A stretch of 64,000 bases of DNA from an uncultured virus (IMG/VR IMGVR_UViG_2875733747_000004) (IMGVR_UViG_2875733747_000004); one strand, 5' to 3'; positions 20,001 through 28,806 are shown, numbered from the stretch's first letter. Translations and numbers: made by a program. Notes: generated by a model not told the origin, from the letters alone.

Positions 20001-20269
20001 TTAGCTTTTTGGTAATTAGCGTTAACTTGTTTAAGCTCATCTTCTACTTGAGAATACATCTTTTTTTGAACTTTAAGCCTATCATTTAACCCCTTAATTC
20101 TCGCCTGATATTTTTCCATTGATTTTTCAGACTTATCAAATGCTGACAGATTAGCTTTCATTTCACTATTAACAACACCTAATTGTCGCTTTAAACCTTT
20201 CATGCCTTCTTGGACACCTAAATGGTCTAATTTCAGCTCCAAGGTCATGCCTTCTACTTTTTCATTCAT
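14069..20269 (-). CDS. Tape measure protein with M23 peptidase and lytic transglycosylase domains
   Basis: 2066 aa; TP901-type core; HYGIDF/HLHF M23 motifs; HESGG/GLLQ SLT motifs. Confidence 0.95.
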   Translation of the reverse strand: MNEKVEGMTLELKLDHLGVQEGMKGLKRQLGVVNSEMKANLSAFDKSEKSMEKYQARIKGLNDRLKVQKKMYSQVEDELKQVNANYQKAKSSVKDVEKAYLKLVEANKKEKLALDKSKEALKSSNTELKKAENQYKRTNQRKQDAYQKLKQLRDAEQKLKNSNQATTAQLKRASDAVQKQSAKHKALVEQYKQEGNQVQKLKVQNDNLSKSNDKIESSYAKTNTKLKQTEKEFNDLNNTIKNHSANVAKAETAVNKEKAALNNLERSIDKASSEMKTFNKEQMIAQSHFGKLASQADVMSKKFSSIGDKMTSLGRTMTMGVSTPITLGLGAALKTSADFEGQMSRVGAIAQASSKDLKSMSNQAVDLGAKTSKSANEVAKGMEELAALGFNAKQTMEAMPGVISAAEASGAEMATTATVMASAINSFGLKASDANHVADLLARSANDSAADIQYMGDALKYAGTPAKALGVSIEDTSAAIEVLSNSGLEGSQAGTALRASFIRLANPSKSTAKEMKKLGIHLSDAKGEFVGMGELIRQFQDNMKGMTREQKLATVATIVGTEAASGFLALIEAGPDKINSYSKSLKNSNGESKKAADLMKDNLKGALEQLGGAFESLAIEVGKDLTPMIRAGAEGLTKLVDGFTHLPGWVRKASVGLAIFGASIGPAVLAGGLLIRAVGSAAKGYASLNRRIAENTILSNTNSKAMKSLGLQTLFLGSTTGKTSKGFKGLAGAMLFNLKPINVLKNSAKLAILPFKLLKNGLGLAAKSLFAVSGGARFAGVALKFLTGPIGATITAITIAYKVFKTAYDRVEWFRNGINGLGETIKFFGGKIIGGAVRKLGEFKNYLGSIGKSFKEKFSKDMKDGYKSLSDDDLLKVGVNKFKGFMQTMGTASKKASDTVKVLGKGVSKETEKALEKYVHYSEENNRIMEKVRLNSGQITEDKAKKLLKIEADLSNNLIAEIEKRNKKELEKTQELIDKYSAFDEQEKQNILTRTKEKNDLRIKKEQELNQKIKELKEKALSDGQISENERKEIEKLENQRRDITVKELSKTEKEQERILVRMQRNRNAYSIDEASKAIKEAEKARKARKKEVDKQYEDDVIAIKNNVNLSKSEKDKLLAIADQRHKDEVRKAKSKKDAVVDVVKKQNKDIDKEMDLSSGRVYKNTEKWWNGLKSWWSNFREDQKKKSDKYAKEQEETARRNRENIKKWFGNAWDGVKTKTGEAFSKMGRNANHFGGEMKKMWSGIKGIPSKLSSSWSSAKSSVGYHTKAIANSTGKWFGKAWQSVKSTTGSIYNQTKQKYSDASDKAWAHSKSIWRGTSKWFSNAYKSAKGWLIDMANKSRSKWDNISSTAWSNAKSVWKGTSKWFSNSYKSLKGWTGDMYSRAHDRFDAISSSAWSNAKSVFNGFRKWLSKTYDWIRDIGKDMGRAAADLGKNVANKAIGGLNSMIGGINKISKAITDKNLIKPIPTLSTGTLAGKGVATDNSGALTQPTFAVLNDRGSGNAPGGGVQEIIHRADGTFHAPQGRDVVVPLGVGDSVINANDTLKLQRMGVLPKFHGGTKKKKWMEQVTENLGKKAGDFGSKAKNTAHNIKKGAEEMVEAAGDKIKDGASWLGDKIGDVWDYVQHPGKLVNKVMSGLNINFGGGANATVKIAKGAYSLLKKKLVDKVKSWFEDFGGGGDGSYLFDHPIWQRFGSYTGGLNFNGGRHYGIDFGMPTGTNIYAVKGGIADKVWTDYGGGNSIQIKTGANEWNWYMHLSKQLARQGQRIKAGQLIGKSGATGNFVRGAHLHFQLMQGSHPGNDTAKDPEKWLKSLKGSGVRSGSGVNKAASAWAGDIRRAAKRMGVNVTSADVGNIISLIQHESGGNAGITQSSSLRDINVLQGNPAKGLLQYIPQTFRHYAVRGHNNIYSGYDQLLAFFNNRYWRSQFNPRGGWSPSGPRRYANGGLITKHQLAEVGEGDKQEMVIPLTRRKRAIQLTEQVMRIIGMDGKPNNITVNNDTSTVEKLLKQIVMLSDKGNKLTDALIQTVSSQDNNLGSNDAIRGLEKILSKQSGHRANANNYMGGLTN

Positions 20270-20282
20270 ATTAACCTCCTTT

Positions 20283-20441
20283 CTAGCTTCCAAAAAGTTT
20301 TCTTAAATCCGTACCTGTAATGACTTTTTGTTCACTTTGTTTTTCTTCAGTCTCTTCTTTATTCTCTTCATTAAGTATTTCTAAAAGTTTTACATACGGC
20401 TGTTTTCTGACTTCAGTTAATGTCCACCCATACTGCTCCAT
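20283..20441 (-). CDS. Tail assembly chaperone second frame (gpT-like, reached by -1 frameshift)
   Basis: Open in the -1 frame from GGGAAAG at 20504-20510 through MEQYGWTL... to stop. Confidence 0.75.
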   Translation of the reverse strand: MEQYGWTLTEVRKQPYVKLLEILNEENKEETEEKQSEQKVITGTDLRKLFGS

Positions 20442-20482
20442 ACAGAAACGTTGTATTTTCTTAATGTTCGATAAAATGTCTT

Positions 20483-20833
20483 TTATTGAGATTGTTCTTC
20501 TGTCTTTCCCATCTCTTCTGGTTCAGTTTCTGAATCTTCTTCATCTTCACCATTGATTTCTCGAAATATATCTTGTAAGGCTTTTGTATAAGTTTTAGTA
20601 CTCATCTTGTTCAGAACATCTTCTTCAGTCAATCCTTCATCTTTAAATAAATCTACTAATAACTGTCGCTCTTTTTGTCTCATTTTTGTTGCGTTAGGTG
20701 CTTCTTTTTTATTCTCTTGATTTACTAATTCTAAATACTCATAGCATTTTTCTGCTTCGCCCATTGTTACATCTTCTTTTGTATAGCTCTCTGTTTTTCC
20801 TGTTTTACGATCTTTAATTTCAAATTTAATCAT
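20483..20833 (-). CDS. Tail assembly chaperone (gpG-like)
   Basis: Position between tail tube genes and TMP; slippery G GGA AAG near the 3' end. Confidence 0.85.
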   Translation of the reverse strand: MIKFEIKDRKTGKTESYTKEDVTMGEAEKCYEYLELVNQENKKEAPNATKMRQKERQLLVDLFKDEGLTEEDVLNKMSTKTYTKALQDIFREINGEDEEDSETEPEEMGKTEEQSQ

Positions 20834-20890
20834 TGTATTAGCTCCTTTTATTCAAATAAAAAAGACGCAGATATACTGCGCCTTAAATCC

Positions 20891-21346
20891 CTATCCGTTT
20901 GTTACTGTCACTGAAATTTGTCCTGACTTATCGCTTCCATCAGTAGACGTAGCAGTGATTACTGAAGTACCTTCAGCTACACCGTGAATTGCTCCTGTAT
21001 TTTCATCTACAGTAACAAATTCTGGATGTTCACTTGTATATTTCAATATTTTATTCGTTGCTGTGCTTGGTGCAATGTTTGGCTCAACATTGTCATCGGT
21101 ATTTACCATAATTGATTTAGTTTCTGGTGTAAATGATACGCCTGAGACTAGAATTGGATTGGTTTTGAATTGAGGTACATCAACTTTACTAGATTCTTTA
21201 CCATTTTCTTCCCATGCCACTTGGTAAGTACCTTTTGGATAAGTTGTATCCGCTTCTAAATTAGATAAAGTTACTGACACTTTGCCTTCACCTTGTTCAG
21301 AAGCTACGACGTCGTCTCCTTTATAAACCTTTAAAGTTTTAGTCAT
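20891..21346 (-). CDS. Ig-like virion accessory protein (N-terminally incomplete FN3-like domain + Big_2 domain)
   Basis: VTLSNLEADTTY..YQVAW..GKES (FN3 E/F/G strands); ATNK..YTS..VTVDENTG..GTSVITAT (Big_2). Confidence 0.8.
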   Translation of the reverse strand: MTKTLKVYKGDDVVASEQGEGKVSVTLSNLEADTTYPKGTYQVAWEENGKESSKVDVPQFKTNPILVSGVSFTPETKSIMVNTDDNVEPNIAPSTATNKILKYTSEHPEFVTVDENTGAIHGVAEGTSVITATSTDGSDKSGQISVTVTNG

Positions 21347-21437
21347 AAATTATTCTCCTTTGATTTATTTTGAAAGCCCCTATTCTGCTGAAACTGTTGC
21401 AGATTTTGAATTAACTGCTACTTCAACATTTTGGGGA

Positions 21438-22079
21438 TTAGCTGGGTAACGAACCTGCAGAATCCTCTGAATGATCTTCACTGTCCGTGTATCCAACGAA
21501 TACTTTTTTGAAGAATTCTGCTTCTCCTTCTTTACCTTCATGATAACCGTATACAATACCTTGTGACGTTCCATCAACATCAACTTTTCTATTCATCCAG
21601 TCACCTGTTAATTTTGTAGGTTCTGGGGCTTCTGCTTTTTCACCTCGTGTTTTAAATTCAATTGAATCTAAACTAAAAGTACCTTTAAGTAAGGCTACAT
21701 ATACCGGCTGACCTGTTAAACCATCTTCCGATTCGCCAATTACTGTTACATACGGTGCTCTTGTATTCTCTCCTACCCAAGATGTACCATTTTTATCTTT
21801 AGTACGTCCAATAACTGTGTTTAAATCATCACTTGGAATATTGAAAATACTCATGTCAGACTTAACTTCATTAGTACCTTGTTTTTTCATCCATACACGT
21901 TTGTTAGATGCAAACATATCTACTAAATCTGGTGCTAAACCTGTGATATTTAGGTCAACTGTACCACCTTTTTCATCTTCCCATGTCATGCGTTTAACTA
22001 CTTTTGTTGCTTCTGGGTTAAAAACTCCAACGTATAATCTTTTAAAACCTACTTTATAAGAACCTTGTCCTTCTGCCAT
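21438..22079 (-). CDS. Major tail protein; probable +1 frameshift extension to 21380
   Basis: phi13-family tail tube protein; ends TTA CCC AGC TAA. Confidence 0.92.
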   Translation of the reverse strand: MAEGQGSYKVGFKRLYVGVFNPEATKVVKRMTWEDEKGGTVDLNITGLAPDLVDMFASNKRVWMKKQGTNEVKSDMSIFNIPSDDLNTVIGRTKDKNGTSWVGENTRAPYVTVIGESEDGLTGQPVYVALLKGTFSLDSIEFKTRGEKAEAPEPTKLTGDWMNRKVDVDGTSQGIVYGYHEGKEGEAEFFKKVFVGYTDSEDHSEDSAGSLPS

Positions 22080-22113
22080 TGCTTATTTCCTCCTTAAAAA
22101 TTAAAAAGCACAC

Positions 22114-22509
22114 CTATTCGATGCGCTGATTTTTATAATATATATTTTTGGGTATGCCTTGATATCGTCTCGACATCACATAACGTTTAGTTTCTTCAAA
22201 ATAAGCATCTAACTGACTAGATGCTTGAATTAAATTTTGTTGATATAACAGGTATCTTATTCGTTTTGTTATATCAATTGTTTTCTGATTATTTGAAGAT
22301 TCTACATCTATTTGAATTAAGTATTCTTCACTGAGATATTTATCAGACATAAAGTCTGAAGGCAAATCATAAACAGGTGTAATAACAACAAAGGGTTTGG
22401 AAGTTTCAGCGTTTTCAGTGACTTTGTAATAGTATATTCTAGAATTTATATGTGTTTTGAGCTCTGCATCAGATAATAAAATTCCTTTTATGGTGTTTAA
22501 TATATTCAT
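22114..22509 (-). CDS. Tail terminator (DUF3168-like)
   Basis: Position; PFVV and QIDV motifs. Confidence 0.8.
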   Translation of the reverse strand: MNILNTIKGILLSDAELKTHINSRIYYYKVTENAETSKPFVVITPVYDLPSDFMSDKYLSEEYLIQIDVESSNNQKTIDITKRIRYLLYQQNLIQASSQLDAYFEETKRYVMSRRYQGIPKNIYYKNQRIE

Positions 22510-22911
22510 TTATCTGGCCAACTCCTTTTTTATAATTTCTCTATACTTACGTTCGCTAGCAGCTAATGTTTTTGCAATAACTCCAAAACCTCTTGGTGTA
22601 TATTTTTTTCCATCTCTTGTATAACCATGTTCATTCAAGTGAATAATGTTTTTGCGATTCATAGGACCTACCCATTCAATTAAAACAGCCCTTTCTTGAC
22701 TACCAACTTTTGTATAAGGCTTAGATTTAGTCATTTCTTCTATACTGGCACCCGTATCTTTAAAGCTCTCGAACTCTTTCTTTAAAGCCTTTATAAAAAA
22801 TTCAGATGCTTCATTTAAAGCTTTATCACTCTTAGCCTGCATTGCTTGTTTACCGTATACCGATTCTAATTTATTCAACACTTCAGGTATCCCTTTAATT
22901 TCTACACTCAT
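22510..22911 (-). CDS. HK97 gp10-like tail completion protein
   Basis: DTG and HLNEHG motifs; position. Confidence 0.8.
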   Translation of the reverse strand: MSVEIKGIPEVLNKLESVYGKQAMQAKSDKALNEASEFFIKALKKEFESFKDTGASIEEMTKSKPYTKVGSQERAVLIEWVGPMNRKNIIHLNEHGYTRDGKKYTPRGFGVIAKTLAASERKYREIIKKELAR

Positions 22912-23240
22912 TTTTCTGATAAAACCACTGTATTATAGCCAATATCTGGTGTATCAATTCTTATTTCTACAATGTTGAATAATTTATCGGAATATAATGC
23001 ACTGTCAATTTTAACTAAGTGATTTGTTTGTGGTAGATATTCAGTTTTAGAAGACCTGACAATTATGGTTAATCCTGATTTTGATTCAGTCGCTTTTAAA
23101 ATTTCTCTATCTTTCATAGAAGGATTATAAATTTTACAAAAGCAACTATACAATTTCATTTTTTCCTCTTCATCTGGATATGGTCCTTTGTTTATATATT
23201 GAAAAAAATACGCGCGATCTTTAAATTCATTAAATTCCAT
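22908..23240 (-). CDS. Head-tail adaptor/closure protein
   Basis: Position in the neck module. Confidence 0.75.
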   Translation of the reverse strand: MEFNEFKDRAYFFQYINKGPYPDEEEKMKLYSCFCKIYNPSMKDREILKATESKSGLTIIVRSSKTEYLPQTNHLVKIDSALYSDKLFNIVEIRIDTPDIGYNTVVLSEK

Positions 23241-23251
23241 TTAAAAATCAC

Positions 23252-23530
23252 CTACCACTTTTTTAATTTCAAAATCATTTTTTGCAATCCTTTTTCATTA
23301 AACACCTTGCTTCTAGATTGGTCATTTGAGTATCCACGACTTTCATAATCTCTTGCAATGATATATTTAATCGCTGTACAAAAAAGCGGGTATTCCAAGT
23401 CATCTTTGTCATAATCTGGAACCCCACTTAATAGTAATTCAGACTTAGCCGATTGAATGAGACCTTCAATTAAATCATTTTCGAAATTATAGTCAATTCT
23501 CAACCACAATTTAATTTCTTCTAAACTCAT
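23252..23530 (-). CDS. Head-tail connector (gp6/gp15-like)
   Basis: LEEIKLWLRID...YESR motif. Confidence 0.85.
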   Translation of the reverse strand: MSLEEIKLWLRIDYNFENDLIEGLIQSAKSELLLSGVPDYDKDDLEYPLFCTAIKYIIARDYESRGYSNDQSRSKVFNEKGLQKMILKLKKW

Positions 23531-23598
23531 TTCATCACCCCTATTCGGCTGATATTACAGCTGATTTAGCCTTAGCTGTTACATTAACCTTTTGGGGC

Positions 23599-24762
23599 TT
23601 AGCTGGGTAATGGACCTGTATTTTCTTTTGCTTTTGCAATTCTGAATGCACTGTCTAATGTACGTTGCTGATCATACCATGCTGTTAATACAAACAAATA
23701 TTCGCCTTTTTTAACATCTTTATCAGTGTCATAAGTTGTTCCATCATAGTTAATTCCAAAATAATTGAAATCTCCCACAATAGGTTTAACTGCTGCATCT
23801 GTAAATACTACTGGTTTGCCAAATACTTTTTCTGCTGGTGTGTCAAAGAAATTTGTTGTTCCATTTGAAAGAACACTAATAATTTTGACATAATCTGCAT
23901 ATCGCATATAAATTGTTGCGTTATCACGATAATCTTCATGTAAATCTGCTAAAGCGTTAATAATAGCATCATACATGTCTGCTCCCTCAACTTCTTTAAC
24001 AGATCCATTATAAAATGACATGTGTTCTAATCCAGATTTAGGACTTACTGCTAAGGCATCTTTACGCTCTTTAGCTGCTAATCCTGATTGTAGTGCGTTT
24101 TCAACCCAGTTTACTAAATCTACATCTGATCCATGAATTACAGTATCTGAAATTGCAGCAAATACTTTGAATTTATTAGTAGTGAACTTGACTGTATCAC
24201 CTTTTGCTTTTAATTCTTTTGCTGTTTCTACGTCTGTAATGAAATCATCATCGTCTAAAGTGTATGAAACTCTTGGAATCTCTAAACCTTTAATGTTAGT
24301 TAGACGAGCTTTTTCACGTAATTGGTTTTTAGCAAATGGTTCTGAAACAATTTCTTTAGAAAGTGTTTTTGGTAAGAGCTTATCTCCACCTGAATCATTT
24401 CCTGTTGGTAAAGCGTGTAATAAACGTTGTGCCTCCATTGAAGGTTTTTCAAATTCATTTGGTAAAATCGCGTGACGATAAAACTCTGCCTTAGCTTTAA
24501 CCATCTTCTCATTATCACTTAAAGATTGATAAGCTTCTCCTTTATCTTTAACTTTCGCTTTTTCTTTTTCTTCAATGTCTTGCACTTGTCTTTCAACAAT
24601 GTTAAATCTTTGTTGTAAACCTGCTTTTTCTGTTTCTAGTTGTTTGATGTCTTCCATATCAATATTTGGATCTGTTGCTTTCTGACTCAATTCATCATTT
24701 TTATTTTTTAATTGTTGTCCAATCATACCTAAGGATTGTTTTAATTCATATAATGTCGGCAT
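23599..24762 (-). CDS. Major capsid protein (HK97 fold with delta domain); probable +1 extension to 23541
   Basis: Start MPTLYEL with GGAGG RBS; coiled-coil delta domain; ends TTA CCC AGC TAA. Confidence 0.95.
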   Translation of the reverse strand: MPTLYELKQSLGMIGQQLKNKNDELSQKATDPNIDMEDIKQLETEKAGLQQRFNIVERQVQDIEEKEKAKVKDKGEAYQSLSDNEKMVKAKAEFYRHAILPNEFEKPSMEAQRLLHALPTGNDSGGDKLLPKTLSKEIVSEPFAKNQLREKARLTNIKGLEIPRVSYTLDDDDFITDVETAKELKAKGDTVKFTTNKFKVFAAISDTVIHGSDVDLVNWVENALQSGLAAKERKDALAVSPKSGLEHMSFYNGSVKEVEGADMYDAIINALADLHEDYRDNATIYMRYADYVKIISVLSNGTTNFFDTPAEKVFGKPVVFTDAAVKPIVGDFNYFGINYDGTTYDTDKDVKKGEYLFVLTAWYDQQRTLDSAFRIAKAKENTGPLPS

Positions 24763-24773
24763 TTCATTTCCTC

Positions 24774-25547
24774 CTAATAATTCATTGTCATTTTTAAAAT
24801 TTCGCATTCGCGTTTAATTTTTTCTCTTTTTTCTTTTTCTTCTAGTGACATACTTTCTTTAGGTGTTTCAACCAATTCAGATGTATCTACATCATCAATT
24901 TTAGTGATTTTGTCTACATCTTTCTTTAAATCTTCTGGGACGTTCTCGAAACGCTTATATTGCTCTTTAGAGATACTAGCAGCTATTTCATTAGCTCCTA
25001 AAATTTCATCTATCAAGCCGAAAGACAAGGCTTCTTCTGCAGTAAGCCAAGTTTCTGCATCTAACATCTGTTTTAAGTGTTCTTGATCTAAATCTTTTGC
25101 TTTATCTAAATAAGCTGAATTACTAACAGCATCTGTTTTTTCAAGTAAATCCGCTGTCTTTCTTAATTCTTCTGCATTACCTACAGTCATAACCCATGAA
25201 TTATGAATCATTAAAAAACTATTTTTGTGCATAAAAATAGTGTCACCACTCATAGCGATAACACTAGCAATTGATGCCGCTAAGGCATCGACATAGATAT
25301 TAATTTTTGCAGGATGCATTTTTAGCATATTGTATATTGCATGTCCTTCAAATACACTGCCTCCAGATGAATTTATATGAACATCTATTTCACTGATGTC
25401 TCCTAGTTCATCTAGTTTATTTTTGAAATCTGTAGCAGTTACATCACTTTCAAACCATTTATCACTTACAATATCACCATAAATGAATATTTCACCTTTA
25501 CTTTTTGATTTTCTTTTCATTTGAAAATACTTAGCTTTCATTGACAT
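24774..25547 (-). CDS. ClpP-like prohead protease
   Basis: INSSGG, AASIAS, MIHN and ETWL motifs. Confidence 0.93.
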   Translation of the reverse strand: MSMKAKYFQMKRKSKSKGEIFIYGDIVSDKWFESDVTATDFKNKLDELGDISEIDVHINSSGGSVFEGHAIYNMLKMHPAKINIYVDALAASIASVIAMSGDTIFMHKNSFLMIHNSWVMTVGNAEELRKTADLLEKTDAVSNSAYLDKAKDLDQEHLKQMLDAETWLTAEEALSFGLIDEILGANEIAASISKEQYKRFENVPEDLKKDVDKITKIDDVDTSELVETPKESMSLEEKEKREKIKRECEILKMTMNY

Positions 25548-26769
25548 TTTTATCACCACCTTTCAAAGATTTTCTTAATTCAAGTGGCGTGTCAATTGGG
25601 TATAAATCACCGCTTATTAGCGGCTTATCTCCACCTTCAACTGGTGGTAAATCTTCCCACTCTCTAATGTCATTTATAGTGTAGTAACCACTACGAACTG
25701 CTTTAAAGTACACTTCTGCTTGTGTTGCACTATCAGCCCTTAAATAAGATTTAACGTTAAATTTAAAATACCTATTTTTTTCTCTGTCTGTTTTAGTAAG
25801 TAGTTTCCGATTAAATTCTTCTTCATACTGTTTGACGATTGGCAATAAGGTATGCTGCAAGTAAAATCTGTTTAACTCTTCATTTTTCGCGAAATTTGTA
25901 TTTGATCTTGCATTTAAGAATATTGAGGGCAATTGAAAAACGTTAGCTACTCTTTCTCTTGTTAAATTCTCGCTTGCCACTATATCTTCAGAGACATATT
26001 TTTTAGGTAAAGGTTCGATTTCAACACCAGGCTCTTGGAATAATATTCCACCGTTTTCTTCATAGTACTGTTTGAAATCTTCTAACACTTGTTGCCTTTT
26101 TTCTGTACTTACATTGGAACCATATTTAAGCATAAAAGAATCTGGTTTTTGCATTTCTGTAAGATTAAAGGTTCTTACTGCATTGTCAAAATCAGTTGTA
26201 TTCTTCAACACATCAATCGGACTAATACCTTGAACCATATTAGATGCCACGATGTGTTTAAAATGCAACATGTCCATATTATGAACAATCAATTTATTTC
26301 CAGTTGCAGCATGAATGGAATAATAAAGTTCACGTGATTGGTTTTCAATTAACATTTCAACAACATCTGGATTTAATAAGAAAAGCTTTGATGGTTGATG
26401 ATAGATGTCTCGTTCAATTAGCACATATGCATTACCTTTTTCATTTCTGATTGTTTCAATTTGATTAATAAAATCAAAACTGCTCAGAGAATTATTCGGT
26501 GACACTGTAAGTAAATCAGATACTTCTGTATTAACTACTTTATAATCTTCATACATTTTCAAGGGCAAACTAGCCATCGAATTAGATAACTTTGTAATAG
26601 CTGAAAATATCGTTTCATTAGTTTCAAGCGTATTATTGATTACACCCCAAAAAGATTTATTTTTCCATGGGCTAAAGTCATAAAGCTTAGAAGCTGACTG
26701 ATCAATCCAATTGTCTATCAATTTTTTCTTTATGCGTGTGACAATATTCTCTTTTGCGATAACATTCAC
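25531..26769 (-). CDS. Portal protein (HK97 family)
   Basis: GNAY, GISPI and INDIREWEDLPP motifs. Confidence 0.95.
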   Translation of the reverse strand: MNVIAKENIVTRIKKKLIDNWIDQSASKLYDFSPWKNKSFWGVINNTLETNETIFSAITKLSNSMASLPLKMYEDYKVVNTEVSDLLTVSPNNSLSSFDFINQIETIRNEKGNAYVLIERDIYHQPSKLFLLNPDVVEMLIENQSRELYYSIHAATGNKLIVHNMDMLHFKHIVASNMVQGISPIDVLKNTTDFDNAVRTFNLTEMQKPDSFMLKYGSNVSTEKRQQVLEDFKQYYEENGGILFQEPGVEIEPLPKKYVSEDIVASENLTRERVANVFQLPSIFLNARSNTNFAKNEELNRFYLQHTLLPIVKQYEEEFNRKLLTKTDREKNRYFKFNVKSYLRADSATQAEVYFKAVRSGYYTINDIREWEDLPPVEGGDKPLISGDLYPIDTPLELRKSLKGGDKNVNES

Positions 26770-26773
26770 CTCC

Positions 26774-28465
26774 TTAACGCATTATATCTTTAATACTAAT
26801 AAATTCTATGTTTCCTTCACCCTTGTCAGAAACAACTTTATTCATAATATCTGTATATGTGTTTAAAAATGCTGCAAAACCATCTATTTTACGATATCTG
26901 CTTTGTTTAGATGGCAGCCAGTTCCCATTTCTGTCTAGTTTCAGCTGAACATTATTGATATACCATTTCATTAAAGGATTATTATTAAATATTATTTTCC
27001 CATCTAAAAACATTTCTTTTAGATCCTTCAATGCAGGGCTCAAGGTCAAAGCCCCTTGTCTTGTTTCTTCTGTTTCAAAGCCATAATTCTTTAACTCTTG
27101 ATTTAATTTAAAAGCATTCGCCCTATCATAAGTGATTTTTTCGACAACATAATGCTCATTCATCTTTATTATCCAATTTAAAACATCTTGGTAGTCTATA
27201 TAAGGATTATCTTGTATTGTTAGTAATCCGTCTTCTTCCCATTCTATATAGGGTATCTTTTCGTTAGAATATTCAACTTTATGCTTAGGAATCCAAGAAT
27301 GTGTTAAGACAGCAACTTTGCCATTATCTAATGCAAAAGTGGCACATGCGGCTGTAAAGTCCTCTGTTTCTGATAAATCATAACCTATAGTACATGGTCT
27401 ACCTTCCAACTCATCTAAGGAAATAATGTCATTATTTTTTTGAAGTGTTGGATAATCAATAAAACTCATCTCATCATTATTAGCAAAGATGTTAAACCTT
27501 TTGGTTATAAAATCTCCACGTTCATCTGGTGTTCTCTTAGCCTTTTCCCACTCTTCTTTCATTTCATCTAAATCGATAGAAACACCTAGGTTAGGATTTG
27601 CTTTAATCCAATTCGACGAATCATTTATATCATCGTCATCATCGAGAGAAGCTAAATAGTAAAAAGTTCTTTCATCTTCGATGATTCGATCTAAGGTGTC
27701 TCTTCCCGCTTCTACCATATTAACAAGTGGTCCATCTAGTTGGTACCCTGCTGTCGTAATGTAGATAAGAAGGGGTTGTAACCTTGCCGCTCTTGAGTTT
27801 TTTATAACTGAAATCAATTTATAATCTTTAAATTCATGAATTTCATCAAAAATGCCCATATGTGTATTTAAACCATCCAACTTATCACTGTCTGAAGCCT
27901 GTGGCATAATTTTAGATATAGTTGCATCGTAATGAATTTCATCTCTCAAAGGTCTAAAATTTTCTCTAAGCTTTGGGCTAGCTTTAATCATCGCCTTAGA
28001 TTCATCAAATAGAATCCTAGCTTGTTTCATTACGTTTGCTAAAAGATGGATTTCAGCGCCGTTTTCTCCATCTTGAGAAACAGCATAGTTAGCAACACCA
28101 GATATAGTAGTTGTTTTACCATTTTTTCGCCCCATAAATATCAAAGCTTCTTTAAACCTGCGCAGTTTTGTTTCTTTATGAACCCAACCAAACAAACTGC
28201 CAATAATAAAATGTTGCCATGGTTGTAATACAAGTTGACGTTTAGGTCCTTTGGAAGGTTTACAAAACTTTTCTATGAATCGAATAGGACGGTGCGCTAA
28301 TTCTTCATCAAATACCCATTTACCTCCATTTTCTAGATATCTAAGGTGTCTCTCACATTCTTTTTTAACATATTTGCTTGTTTTTATTTTCCCTTGAGTG
28401 ACTTGCTCTGCATACCATGTTGTTAATAGTTTTGGTGAAGGTTCATTTAAAACTTTAATAGTCAC
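26774..28465 (-). CDS. terL: Terminase large subunit
   Basis: GRKNGKT Walker A, DEIH Walker B, GYDLS and KIDG nuclease motifs. Confidence 0.96.
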   Translation of the reverse strand: MTIKVLNEPSPKLLTTWYAEQVTQGKIKTSKYVKKECERHLRYLENGGKWVFDEELAHRPIRFIEKFCKPSKGPKRQLVLQPWQHFIIGSLFGWVHKETKLRRFKEALIFMGRKNGKTTTISGVANYAVSQDGENGAEIHLLANVMKQARILFDESKAMIKASPKLRENFRPLRDEIHYDATISKIMPQASDSDKLDGLNTHMGIFDEIHEFKDYKLISVIKNSRAARLQPLLIYITTAGYQLDGPLVNMVEAGRDTLDRIIEDERTFYYLASLDDDDDINDSSNWIKANPNLGVSIDLDEMKEEWEKAKRTPDERGDFITKRFNIFANNDEMSFIDYPTLQKNNDIISLDELEGRPCTIGYDLSETEDFTAACATFALDNGKVAVLTHSWIPKHKVEYSNEKIPYIEWEEDGLLTIQDNPYIDYQDVLNWIIKMNEHYVVEKITYDRANAFKLNQELKNYGFETEETRQGALTLSPALKDLKEMFLDGKIIFNNNPLMKWYINNVQLKLDRNGNWLPSKQSRYRKIDGFAAFLNTYTDIMNKVVSDKGEGNIEFISIKDIMR

Positions 28466-28760
28466 CGAATCCACCTTCTTCTTGAACTATCTTTTTTCTT
28501 TGTGCTGCAGTTAAACCCATAGACTTGAGTAAGTTATTTAGTGTTTGAACTGTTTTTGTCAGTTCTATGCTTAATGGATTCTTAACAATATTGCTCGCAC
28601 CAGCCTTGTTTGTATGCTCTATCATCAAATCACTATTTTTAAGTTCATCTCTTAACCGACAATAAAATTCATACGTTTCTATATACAAATTAATTAATAT
28701 GTCATCAGATTTTTTATAATCCTCTATATATTCTTTCAGCTGTTTTTTTGTTAATTTCAT
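28455..28760 (-). CDS. terS: Terminase small subunit (P27 family)
   Basis: KNP...MGLTAAQR motif. Confidence 0.9.
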   Translation of the reverse strand: MKLTKKQLKEYIEDYKKSDDILINLYIETYEFYCRLRDELKNSDLMIEHTNKAGASNIVKNPLSIELTKTVQTLNNLLKSMGLTAAQRKKIVQEEGGFGDY

Positions 28761-28806
28761 ATAAAGACCCCCTTTCATAAAAGTTTATCCGCGTTGCAAG
28801 CGAAGG

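Noticed and set aside
21380..21583. 67-aa ORF overlapping the major tail gene as an independent gene
   Set aside because: No convincing RBS; only its last 21 codons are informative, and they are better explained as the +1 frameshift extension.
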